NCBI GenBank assembly: GCA_947245315.1
Contig: CAMXNV010000001.1
Coordinates: forward strand, 1 to 36,559
DNA length: 36,559 nt
Direction of reading: 5' to 3'
Origin: an uncultured Oscillibacter sp.
GTDB taxonomy: Bacteria > Bacillota > Clostridia > Oscillospirales > Oscillospiraceae
Shown here: one piece after another, positions 7,929 through 16,071 of the stretch
Numbering within the stretch: position 1 is the first letter of the stretch
Layout of the letters: every line of letters starts with the position of its first letter
Position numbers and translations under genes: made by a program
Notes under the pieces: model-generated
Seen by the model: only the letters and a program-made list of their open reading frames with translations
Told to the model about the DNA's origin: nothing
Databases searched by the model: none

Positions 7929-9737
7929 ATGGGAAAGACGAGTTGGATTGCGCTTTTGCTGGCTCTGGTGATGCTGGCCACCACCGTGCCCGCCTTCGCC
8001 TTCGGGGCGGAGAGCCTTGCGGTGCAGACCTACAGCGAGGAGGACTACGGCGGCCTGGCCCCGCCTCCCAAGAAGGATGAGACTCCCAAACGGCCCAGCC
8101 GTCCCGCCGGAGAGGACGGCGGCCTGGCTCCGGCCCCTGTGGTCAACGAGCCCAAGCGCCCCAGCCGTCCGGCCGGCGAGGGGGACAACGGAGGCATCGC
8201 CCCCACACCCACCGCCGACGAGCCCAAGCGCCCCAGCCGCCCCGCTGGAGAAGGGGACAACGGAGGCATCGCCCCCACCCCCACCGCCGACGAGCCCAAG
8301 CGCCCCAGCCGCCCCGCCGGCGAGGGGGACAACGGAGGCATCGCCCCCACACCCACCGCCGACGAGCCCAAGCGCCCCAGCCGCCCCGCTGGAGAAGGGG
8401 ACAACGGAGGCATCGCCCCCACACCCACCAGCCAGAGCAAGCAGGAGAATTCCTCCGTCGTCAAGAAGAAGCCGGAGAGCGGCCTGCGGAACGCCCAGAC
8501 CGGCGTCGTGGCCGCAGGGGTCAGCCTCCGCACCACCCCCCACTTCGCTTACGCCTACGGCAGCGGCGGCGCCTTCTCCTCCTTCAATCCCGCCCGGCAG
8601 GTCACCCGGGCCGAGGCGGCCCAGATGCTCTTCCGCCTCCTGCCGGAGGGACAGACCGCCACCGGGTCCTACGCCGACGTGCCCGCCGCCGCCTGGTACG
8701 CCCAGGCCGTCACCACCCTGGCGGACCTGGGGGTGCTGGAGGTCCGGGACGGCATGCTGGACACCGGCAGGGCCGTCACCCGGGGGGAGTTCATCCGGTA
8801 CATCGCCAGCTTCTTCCCCCTGCGGACCGACGGGGAGCTCTTCCCCGACGTGGCGGAGGACGACCCCAACGCCCCCTTCATCCGCTCCGCCCAGGCCTAC
8901 GGCTGGGCCCAGGGCGGCAGCGACGGCCTCTTCCATCCCGACGAGACCATCAACCGGGCGGCGGCGGTGGTGCTGCTGAACCGGGCCTTGGGCCGCTCCC
9001 CGGACAGGGCGTACATCGACGCCAACCACCCCGCCTTCTACGTGGACGTGGCCCCCTCCAGCTGGTACTACTACGACGTGATGGAGGCCACGGTGGGCCA
9101 CAGCCACGCGGACTCCGACGGCGGGGAGCGCTGGACCTCCCACACCCCCAAGGAGACGGTCCCCCAGGACGGCCTCCAGCTGGTGGACGGCTGGCTGTAC
9201 TGCTACGACGGCGCCCGGGGAGACGTGGTCCGGAACGCGGCGGTGGGAAGCCACTACTTCAACAACAGCGGGCGCTTCACCACCGGGAACAACGAGCTGG
9301 ACTCCTGGCTCCACAAGATCGTCCTCGCCCGGACGAACCCCTCCCAGACCCAGGAGCAGATGCTCCGCTCCCTCTACCTCTACACCCGGGACTCCTTCAC
9401 CTACCTGCGCCGCCCGCCCTATGAGTTCGGCGTGTACGACTTCATGGAGACCGACGCCCTGCGCATCCTGGAGACGGGCTATGGCAACTGCTACTGCTAC
9501 GCCGCCCTCTTCTGGTACCTCTCCCGCTGGATCGGCTACGACTCCGTCATCTACAACGGCACCGTGGGCGTCCGGCGCTCCCCCCACAGCTGGGTGGAGA
9601 TCAACATGGGCGGGAAGAACTACATCTTCGACACGGAGCTGGAGATGGCCTACCGCCGGAAGAAGCGCTTTGATATCAACCTCTATAAATTCTACGACGC
9701 GGGGAACAGCTGGAACTACCGGCGGCCCAAGAGCTGA
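7929..9737 (+). CDS. secreted SLH-domain protein with Pro-rich tandem repeats and a C-terminal transglutaminase-like domain
   Basis: Signal peptide (MGKTSWIALLLALVMLATTVPAFA; RBS AAAGGAG). SLH motifs VTRAEAAQ, VTRGEF and FHPDETINRA. Cys-His-Asp triad GNCYCYA / HSWVEI / IFD. Confidence 0.88.
   Translation: MGKTSWIALLLALVMLATTVPAFAFGAESLAVQTYSEEDYGGLAPPPKKDETPKRPSRPAGEDGGLAPAPVVNEPKRPSRPAGEGDNGGIAPTPTADEPKRPSRPAGEGDNGGIAPTPTADEPKRPSRPAGEGDNGGIAPTPTADEPKRPSRPAGEGDNGGIAPTPTSQSKQENSSVVKKKPESGLRNAQTGVVAAGVSLRTTPHFAYAYGSGGAFSSFNPARQVTRAEAAQMLFRLLPEGQTATGSYADVPAAAWYAQAVTTLADLGVLEVRDGMLDTGRAVTRGEFIRYIASFFPLRTDGELFPDVAEDDPNAPFIRSAQAYGWAQGGSDGLFHPDETINRAAAVVLLNRALGRSPDRAYIDANHPAFYVDVAPSSWYYYDVMEATVGHSHADSDGGERWTSHTPKETVPQDGLQLVDGWLYCYDGARGDVVRNAAVGSHYFNNSGRFTTGNNELDSWLHKIVLARTNPSQTQEQMLRSLYLYTRDSFTYLRRPPYEFGVYDFMETDALRILETGYGNCYCYAALFWYLSRWIGYDSVIYNGTVGVRRSPHSWVEINMGGKNYIFDTELEMAYRRKKRFDINLYKFYDAGNSWNYRRPKS
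8145..8430 (+). repeat. 72-bp coding tandem repeat, 4 copies plus degenerate upstream copies
   Basis: Encodes [DN]EPKRPSRPAGEGDNGGIAPTPTA. Copies 1 and 3 read GCCGGCGAG; copies 2 and 4 read GCTGGAGAA. Confidence 0.95.
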
Positions 9738-9749
9738 GAGTAAGGAGAC

Positions 9750-10433
9750 ATGAACATGAAGAAACTGCTGAGCACGCTGCTCTGCGCCGCGCTGCTGCTG
9801 GCCCTCTGCGCCTGCGGCGGCGGCCAGACCCCTCCGGCGGAGGCCCCCGCCGCCCGGTCCGCCGGGGAACCGGAGAAGGCCCCCGAACAGCCCAAGGCGG
9901 AAGCGCCGGAGGAGCAGGCCCCCGAACAGCCGGAGGAGGAAGCGCCGGCGGACGCTCCCGCCGTGGACGCGGCCTCCGCCGGGGAAACGGACAACGAGGA
10001 CCCGGAGGAGGAAGCCCCCGCCCCCCAGGCGGAGAAGCCGGAGGAGGAGCCGGAGGAGAAGCCCGCGCCCAAGCCCGCCTCTAAGCCCGCCTCTAAGCCC
10101 GCGGAAGCGCCGGAGCCGGATCCGAAACCGGAGGTCAAACCGGAAGCCAAGCCCGAGCCGAAACCGGAGCCTCAGCCCGAGCCGGAGCCCGCTCCCGAAC
10201 CCGAGCCCGAACCGGAGCCCGAACCCGCTCCGGCGGCGGACCCCAAGGCCGTGGCCCAGGGACTGGTGGGCCGCCCGGTCAGCGAGCTCTATGCCGCCAT
10301 CGGCCGCCCCATCTCCTCGGACTACGCCCCCAGCTGCCTGATCGACGGCGAGGACGGGGAGCTGATCTATGACGGCTTTGTGGTCTACACGGAAAAGGGC
10401 GCGAATTATGAAACCGTCTACGCCGTGTTCTGA
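9750..10433 (+). CDS. lipoprotein with a long Pro/Glu/Lys-rich linker and a small C-terminal domain
   Basis: Lipobox LALCA-C, (PE)n/(KPE)n tract and a roughly 60-aa globular end (SDYAPSCLIDGEDGELIYDGFVVYT); RBS AAGGAG. Confidence 0.88.
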   Translation: MNMKKLLSTLLCAALLLALCACGGGQTPPAEAPAARSAGEPEKAPEQPKAEAPEEQAPEQPEEEAPADAPAVDAASAGETDNEDPEEEAPAPQAEKPEEEPEEKPAPKPASKPASKPAEAPEPDPKPEVKPEAKPEPKPEPQPEPEPAPEPEPEPEPEPAPAADPKAVAQGLVGRPVSELYAAIGRPISSDYAPSCLIDGEDGELIYDGFVVYTEKGANYETVYAVF

Positions 10434-10505
10434 CGGGCTTCGCGCCCGGAAGCACGTATCATAATTTCGGTACATAAGAAACGCCCAACCCTTGGAGGAT
10501 AACCG

Positions 10506-12842
10506 ATGAAACGAACCGTCCTTTTGGCCGGGGCCGCCGCCGTGGTGCTGGCGGCTCTGGCCCTGGCCTATTTTTACATACCCGGCGGCGTCCGCCCCGC
10601 CCTCCAGGAGGGGGAGCTCCGGGTCTGCCTCAACGCCGGCGGCAGCATAGAGCTGGACTGGCCGGAGGCCCAGGATTCTTCCGCCTCCGTCCTCTACCAC
10701 CTCAGCCTCAAAAGCGGCGACGCCCATTTACAGGAGGACTACAGCGCCCCCGGCCTCCTGCTGGAGCAGTGGACTCTGCCCCTGGAGGTCCAGGTCCAGC
10801 CCGTGGCTGAGGGGAAGAACCTGCTGGGCCTCTCCCGCCGCCTGACCGGGGAGAGCCTGAGGGCCACGGTGGAGCCCGCGGACCTCTCCGCCCCCGAGGC
10901 CCTGGGCGCCCCGGGGCCGGGGACCCTGGCCCTCTCCTGGACCCAGGCGGGACAGGCCCCCGACTTCTATGACGTCTTCACCCTCAAGGACGGCCAGGCC
11001 GCCTACGCGGCCACCGCCCAGGGCAAGCAGCTGGACCTGACGGTCCGCAAGCAGGGCGGAGACCTGACCCTGCCGGGCTACGACCACCCCCTCCAGGTCC
11101 AGGTCCGGGCGGGCCTCCGGGGGGAGGGCTACGTCCTCTGCGGCCCCGCCTCCAACACCATCACCGTGGAGCGCCAGGACCTGCTGGGGGACGACCTGAA
11201 CCTGGCCTATCGGGAGGAGAACTCTCGGATGGTCACCCTGGAGTGGGACGAGACCCGGGGGGAGTACTACGAGCTCCAGGAGTGGACCGGCGAGGGCTGG
11301 ACCCTGCTGGACACCCTGGAACCGGCGGAGAGCTTCGCCTATGAGCTGGGCCGCCTGGGCTCCGGGTCCCGTCACCGCTTCCGGGTGGAGGCCAGGGATC
11401 GGAACGGCACCCTCCGCTCCTCGGAGGAGGCGGAGTTCTTCGCCTCCGTGGACCCCCTGTACGCCACCGTCTGGCCCATCATCGAGCAGCCCTTCTACAA
11501 GGACGCCGGGAAGGAGTCCGAGACCCTGGGAAAACTCCCCGCCGGGACGGCCCTCTGCGTCCTGGAGGAGCGGGGAGACTGGTTCCAGGTCCGGTACAAG
11601 GACCAGTACGGCTGGGTGGACAGCCGGTTCTGCATGATTAACCTGCCGGAGTACGTGGGGGATCACTGCTCCTATGACATTGCCAACAGCTACCGCTCCG
11701 TCTTCAAGGTCCACGAGAACCCCATCGCCCTGATTACGGACCAGGTCGTCAAGGGCTTTGAGCACATCCGGACGGCGGACGAGCAGTTCCTGGTGCCCTA
11801 CCTCTACCCCTGCTCCAAGAAGCTCCTCAGCGCCGCCCAGGCCGCCGAGGCCGACGGCTACCGGCTGAAAATCTACGAGGCCTTCCGGCCCAACGAGGCC
11901 ACCCGCTTCCTCTACGACACCACCGCCGCCCAGCTGAACTGGGCCGCCCTGGTCTACAGCTACGAGGACGGCGAGGGCCATTCCCTGGGGCCCGACGAGT
12001 TCCGGGTCCTGGACCCCGTCACCGGCTGGGAGGTGGACCTGTCCGACGGCCGCCTCACCGACCCGGAGACCGGGGACAAGCTCACCCGGGAGGAGCTGGC
12101 GGAGCGCCAGGCGGAGGAGGAGACCCCCGAGGAGGGTGAGCTCCCCGGTGAGGGCACTCCCGGCGAAGAGGCCGCAGGCGCGGAGCTCCCGCCCCTGGAT
12201 CCCTCTCAGCCCTTCTTCACCCTCCCGGAGGAGGGCGAGGGCGGCAGCCTGACCCCTGTGGAGGAACCCGTGGAGCCCGCGGCTCCCGAGGCCCCGCCGC
12301 CCCAGGAGGAGACCCCGGCGCCGGAGACCCCTGCCGGGGGAGAGGAACCCGCGGAGGGCGAGGAGGAGGAACCCCCGGCCTATGACACCTACTTCTCCAT
12401 CATGACCAACAACGGGCGCTTCAACCTGGGGAGCTTTCTGGCCCGGGTGGCCTCCGCCCACAACCGGGGCATCGCCCTGGACCTGACCCTGGAGCGGGCG
12501 GACAGCGGCGAGGAGCTGGAGATGCAGAGCGCCATCCACGACCTGAGCTGGTACTCCGCCGCCTATCTGAACAACGACAACGCCAAGCTCCTGGAGAAAT
12601 ACATGACCGCCACGGGCATGCGGGGCCTGAGCTCCGAGTGGTGGCACTTCCAGGACGACGAGACCCGGGAGGCCATCGGCCTGTCCAGCTACCTCTTCAA
12701 GGGCGTGAGCCTGGCCGGGTGGACCAGGGACGACACCGGCTGGCGCTGCCGGAAGGAGGACGGAAGCTTTTACCGGGACACTGCTGTGACGGTGGACGGA
12801 AGCCGCCGCGCCTTTGACCGGGACGGCTATTGCAAGGAATAA
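10506..12842 (+). CDS. membrane-anchored multidomain protein: Fn3-like repeats, SH3b, VanX-type M15 D-Ala-D-Ala metallopeptidase and a C-terminal cell-wall-binding-like repeat
   Basis: N-terminal TM segment; SH3b (GDWFQVRYKDQYGWV); LKIYEAFRP, SAHNRGIALDLTL and SEWWHF; GWTRDDTGW...FDRDGY. Confidence 0.85.
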   Translation: MKRTVLLAGAAAVVLAALALAYFYIPGGVRPALQEGELRVCLNAGGSIELDWPEAQDSSASVLYHLSLKSGDAHLQEDYSAPGLLLEQWTLPLEVQVQPVAEGKNLLGLSRRLTGESLRATVEPADLSAPEALGAPGPGTLALSWTQAGQAPDFYDVFTLKDGQAAYAATAQGKQLDLTVRKQGGDLTLPGYDHPLQVQVRAGLRGEGYVLCGPASNTITVERQDLLGDDLNLAYREENSRMVTLEWDETRGEYYELQEWTGEGWTLLDTLEPAESFAYELGRLGSGSRHRFRVEARDRNGTLRSSEEAEFFASVDPLYATVWPIIEQPFYKDAGKESETLGKLPAGTALCVLEERGDWFQVRYKDQYGWVDSRFCMINLPEYVGDHCSYDIANSYRSVFKVHENPIALITDQVVKGFEHIRTADEQFLVPYLYPCSKKLLSAAQAAEADGYRLKIYEAFRPNEATRFLYDTTAAQLNWAALVYSYEDGEGHSLGPDEFRVLDPVTGWEVDLSDGRLTDPETGDKLTREELAERQAEEETPEEGELPGEGTPGEEAAGAELPPLDPSQPFFTLPEEGEGGSLTPVEEPVEPAAPEAPPPQEETPAPETPAGGEEPAEGEEEEPPAYDTYFSIMTNNGRFNLGSFLARVASAHNRGIALDLTLERADSGEELEMQSAIHDLSWYSAAYLNNDNAKLLEKYMTATGMRGLSSEWWHFQDDETREAIGLSSYLFKGVSLAGWTRDDTGWRCRKEDGSFYRDTAVTVDGSRRAFDRDGYCKE

Positions 12843-12849
12843 GAGCAAA

Positions 12850-12883
12850 ACGCCCCCGGAAGCCAAATGGCTTCCGGGGGCGT
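12850..12883. terminator. terminator hairpin between convergent genes
   Basis: ACGCCCCCGGAAGCCA-AA-TGGCTTCCGGGGGCGT. Confidence 0.8.
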
Positions 12884-12913
12884 CCCGTTTGTTGTAAGGG
12901 CCTGTGTTTGCGC

Positions 12914-13696
12914 TTATGGAACCGGGTCCGGACCCGCTTCCTCCTCCCGGGCCAGCTCGTCCCTGGCCTCCTGGAGGATTTTTTTCTCGGCCTTGGTGGT
13001 CAATTGGCTCTCGTCAAAGCGGGCGAACAGGTCCGGGCGGCGGCGCATGGTCCGCTTGTAGCTCTCCTTCCGCCGCCAGGCCGCCACCTTCCCATGGTCC
13101 CCGGAGAGGAGAATCTCCGGCACCGCCCGGTCGTGCCAGACGGCAGGCCGGGAGTACTGAGGGTACTCCAGCAGCCCGTTCCAGTGGGACTCCTCCTGAA
13201 AGCACTCCTCGTCCGGCAGCACGCCGGGGACCATGCGGCACACCGCGTCCGCCACGGCCATGGCGGGAATCTCCCCGCCGGTGAGGACGAAGTCCCCCAT
13301 GGAGATTTCCTCGTCCACGCACTCGTCCAGGAAGCGCTGGTCCACCCCCTCGTAGTGGCCGCAGACCAGGATCAGGTGCTCGTAGCGCTCTTTCAGCTCC
13401 CGGGCCACCTCCTGGGTGAAGGTCCGCCCGCAGGGGGAGAGGAAGATAGTCCGCCCCAGCCCGTGGGCCTCCACCACGTGGGCCCAGCAGCGATAGAGGG
13501 GGTCCGCCTGCATGACGGCCCCCCGGCCCCCGCCGTAGGGGTAGTCGTCCACCTGCATCTGCTTGTTGGTGGTGTAGTCCCGGATCTGATGGGTCCGGAT
13601 GGCGATGTGGCCCCGCTCCTGGGCCCGGCCCAGGATGCTGACCCCCAGCATGGCGTCCACGGAGGCGGGGAAGAGGGTCAGGATGTCGATGTTCAT
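12914..13696 (-). CDS. trmD: tRNA (guanine37-N1)-methyltransferase
   Basis: Motifs MNIDILTLFP, VDDYPYGGGRG, LVCGHYEGVDQR, SMGDFVLTGGE and LLEYPQYSRP. ATG overlaps the rimM stop (ATGA). Confidence 0.98.
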   Translation of the reverse strand: MNIDILTLFPASVDAMLGVSILGRAQERGHIAIRTHQIRDYTTNKQMQVDDYPYGGGRGAVMQADPLYRCWAHVVEAHGLGRTIFLSPCGRTFTQEVARELKERYEHLILVCGHYEGVDQRFLDECVDEEISMGDFVLTGGEIPAMAVADAVCRMVPGVLPDEECFQEESHWNGLLEYPQYSRPAVWHDRAVPEILLSGDHGKVAAWRRKESYKRTMRRRPDLFARFDESQLTTKAEKKILQEARDELAREEEAGPDPVP

Positions 13697-14190
13697 TCCA
13701 GAAGGCCCTCCCAAACCCGGATGTCCATCCGGTTGTTCTCCAGGTCCACGCCCAGGATGAAGGCGTCCTTCACCGCCGGGACCAGGAACTCCCGCACGCC
13801 CCGGACGGTGTAGACCTTGCTGGCGGGATAGCGCTCCACCTTCGTCAGCTCCCCGATGCACTCCCCGGTCTCGCCGTTGTAGACATCCAGGCCCAGGAGC
13901 TCGCCGTCGAAATACTCCCCGTCGGGGAGCCGGACGTCGGCCCGGCGGACGGACAGCTCCTTTCCCCGGAGGGCCTCGGCGGCGGTCCGGTCCTCTATCC
14001 CGGGGAGTTTCAGCAGCACCAAGTCCTTGTGGACCCGGCAGGACACCGGCATCAAGGGGCGGCCGTCCAGGTAGACGGCGGAGACCCCGGCGAGGAAATC
14101 CGGGCCTCCCTCCAGGGGCAGGACGCGAAGCTCTCCCCGGATGCCGTGGACGCCGACGATCCGGCCCATGCGGATCATTTCTAGTTTCAT
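13693..14190 (-). CDS. rimM: ribosome maturation factor RimM
   Basis: GRIVGVHGIRGELRV, GIEDRTAAEALRG and a PRC-barrel C-terminus; directly upstream of trmD. Confidence 0.96.
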   Translation of the reverse strand: MKLEMIRMGRIVGVHGIRGELRVLPLEGGPDFLAGVSAVYLDGRPLMPVSCRVHKDLVLLKLPGIEDRTAAEALRGKELSVRRADVRLPDGEYFDGELLGLDVYNGETGECIGELTKVERYPASKVYTVRGVREFLVPAVKDAFILGVDLENNRMDIRVWEGLLE

Positions 14191-14331
14191 GAAACAGGCT
14201 CCTTTTGCGGTTCGTTTGGGATTGAGAACCCGTATTCGTAACCGGGGGCTGCCGCCCGGGGGGAAAATTAACGAAGGGTGAGGGCAAAAGGCCTCTTAGA
14301 CGGCGTCACGCAGTTGCGAATACAGATTTTC

Positions 14332-14360
14332 AGTATAGCACAGTTTCAATCCGGGGGCAA
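14332..14360 (-). promoter_or_regulatory. sigma-A-type promoter for rimM-trmD
   Basis: TTGCCC, 17 nt, TATACT with a TG extension, on the minus strand. Confidence 0.6.
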
Positions 14361-14425
14361 GGGGCATGTCCCTGGGGGAGTGTCCGGCCGCGCGTTTTAT
14401 GATGTTTAATTTTTCCCGGCATTGT

Positions 14426-14640
14426 GTAGGGGCGATTAATAATCGCCCGTCCTCTGGGAAACCCGGTGTTTGAAGAGAACGGGCGGCTGATAGCCGCCCC
14501 TACACGGTGTTCTATCGATAGAGAACCGGACCCTGTGGGGCCTGGTCCCCAGACCAGGCCATTTCCCCGGAAGCCCGGCGCTCCCGAAAAACCGGAGGGG
14601 TCGGAGCCCCCTACAATAAATCTGCTAATCGAACATTCCC
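14426..14640. repeat. composite REP/REPIN-like cluster (copy 2 plus a GTAG-type doublet)
   Basis: GTAGGGGCGATTAATAATCGCCCG...CGGGCGGCTGATAGCCGCCCCTAC, then GTGGGGCCTGGTCCCCAGACCAGGCC...GCCCCCTAC. Inverted homolog of 3200-3323. Confidence 0.82.
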
Positions 14641-14748
14641 CGTCCTTGAGGCATATCCAAACGCGTATTTCATAGAGGAAAGGGCCGTAGGCACGGCCCC
14701 CGCGCCAAAAGCGCCGCCCTCCTGCCGGAGGACGGCGCTGGTTCATGC

Positions 14749-15123
14749 TCAGGAGCCGTCGTTCCCTTTCTTGGGCCAGACCAGGCTGGCCCCCGACAGC
14801 AGGAGGTAAATCCCGAAGGGCTTCCGCAGCAGCTCCACGTCTACGGCGTTGGAGATCCAGGCCCCGGCCAGGGCCGCCGCCACGGCTATGGGTACGGCGG
14901 CTTTCAGGGTGGGCTTATCCAGATAGCCGCCCTTGGCGTGGCAGACCAGGGCCCCGGCGGCGGTGGGGAGGAAGAAGAGAAGGTTGATCCCCTGGGCCGT
15001 CCGCTGGTCCACCCCCAGAAACAGGGTCATGACCAGCAGCAGCAGCGTCCCGCCGCCCACGCCCCAGGCGGAGATGACGCTGGCCCCCAGGCCGCAGAGG
15101 AAGGGAATGATCCAATCCGTCAC
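14749..15123 (-). CDS. TauE/SafE (TSUP) family half-size membrane protein
   Basis: MTDWIIPFLCGLGASVISAWGVGGGTLL...QRTAQGINLLFFLP. The GTG start overlaps the upstream TGA. Confidence 0.88.
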   Translation of the reverse strand: MTDWIIPFLCGLGASVISAWGVGGGTLLLLVMTLFLGVDQRTAQGINLLFFLPTAAGALVCHAKGGYLDKPTLKAAVPIAVAAALAGAWISNAVDVELLRKPFGIYLLLSGASLVWPKKGNDGS

Positions 15124-15473
15124 AGCAGATACTTCACCCCCGCGTAAAAGAGAAAGGCGGCAAAGAGCCACTTCAAGAACTTGGTGGAGACCCTGCCGTA
15201 GAGTTTCCCCCCCAGCCAGCCCCCCAGGAGCCCCCCGGCCAGGTAGGGCAGGGCCGCCCCCAGGGACACGCCGCCCCGCCAGAGGTACACCGCCGCCGAC
15301 ACCAGGCACACCGGGAAGATGACCCCCACGCAGGTGGCGTACAGCTTCCGCTGGCTCAGAGTCCCCCAGCGGGACAGGATGGGCAGGAAAACCATGCCCC
15401 CGCCGCCGCCAAATAATCCGTTGGCCAGGCCCGCCGCTCCTCCGGCCAGCCGGGCCGTCCAGCTTCCCTTCAC
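15120..15473 (-). CDS. TauE/SafE (TSUP) family half-size membrane protein
   Basis: GGAAGLANGLFGGGGGMVFLP...GGLLGGWLGGKL. GTG start behind AAAGGAGG. Confidence 0.88.
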   Translation of the reverse strand: MKGSWTARLAGGAAGLANGLFGGGGGMVFLPILSRWGTLSQRKLYATCVGVIFPVCLVSAAVYLWRGGVSLGAALPYLAGGLLGGWLGGKLYGRVSTKFLKWLFAAFLFYAGVKYLL

Positions 15474-15646
15474 GCTGCCGCCTCCTTTGCCGCTATGTAT
15501 AGTCAACGCAGTTGAAAGGGAGCAGATGCTCCCTTTCAACCGGCGGACTCACGGCCCGCCGGGGCACAGAGCGCCCTTGCGTTTCCCGGGAAATCAAGCA
15601 CAGAGAGCCGCCTGCGCGGCCCGCGTCCCGGCGGCACGGAAGGCGC

Positions 15647-15838
15647 TTATTTCAGCTTGAAGCTCTGGCAGTCCGTGCACTCCACCATGGTGGGGTTGGT
15701 CTCATGGGTGCCCACCTGGATGGTGGACAGGCCGCAGTAGTCGTTGTCCTGGCAGTGGTGCGCACAGTTGTTTACCGTGCACCGGATGCTCTGGTTGGGG
15801 GTGCTGGCGCATCCGCCGTTGGTGCTGTCCTTGGTCAT
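15647..15838 (-). CDS. DUF1540-like small Cys-rich protein
   Basis: NQSIRCTVNNCAHHCQDNDYCGLSTIQVGTHE...TDCQSF fits the C-x4-C...C...C-x-[ST]F pattern. Confidence 0.85.
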   Translation of the reverse strand: MTKDSTNGGCASTPNQSIRCTVNNCAHHCQDNDYCGLSTIQVGTHETNPTMVECTDCQSFKLK

Positions 15839-15970
15839 AGTAAGGTCCTGCTGCGTGAAAATTTTTTCTAGGGCCGGGGACGCGTCCCGCCTCTTCCCCA
15901 CGATGAAGCGGCGTCCCGGCGCCATATTCACGTTCAGGAGAGATCGTTCCGCGCTGTTCCGGCGCTCATC

Positions 15971-15999
15971 TAGTGTGTGCGGGGACAGGAAAAGTATGC
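15971..15999 (-). promoter_or_regulatory. sigma-G-like (forespore) promoter upstream of the DUF1540 gene
   Basis: GCATA, 17 nt, CACACTA on the minus strand; close to the B. subtilis sigma-G consensus G[ACT]ATA-N17/18-CATACTA. Confidence 0.55.
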
Positions 16000-16071
16000 G
16001 CGTTTTTTGAAATTGAAATTTTGGAAAAAAAGAACCGCCCAATGGGCGGTCCGTTCGGTTTTTAAGAAGGG

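Noticed and set aside
8145-8430. Regularly spaced repeats considered as a CRISPR array (also 16090-16735 and 36435-36479)
   Set aside because: The units are contiguous without unique spacers, two of the three are in-frame coding repeats, and there are no cas genes.
10506-12842. Vancomycin-resistance (van) cluster
   Set aside because: Only a VanX-like domain is present. There is no D-Ala-D-Lac/Ser ligase, dehydrogenase, racemase or vanRS.
7905-12866. Very long antisense ORFs (940 aa and 712 aa), and similar ones opposite htrA, mltG/U32 and pheT
   Set aside because: These are shadow frames caused by high GC3 codon bias. They have no RBS or motifs, and the opposite strand encodes recognisable proteins.
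12914-14287. 457-aa ORF suggesting an N-terminally extended TrmD or a RimM-TrmD fusion
   Set aside because: The extension is an alternate frame over rimM. TrmD starts at ATG 13696, overlapping the rimM stop.
15511-15540. GTTGAAAGGGAGCA-GA-TGCTCCCTTTCAAC as a CRISPR repeat
   Set aside because: Single copy in the window; better explained as a terminator or REP-like hairpin.
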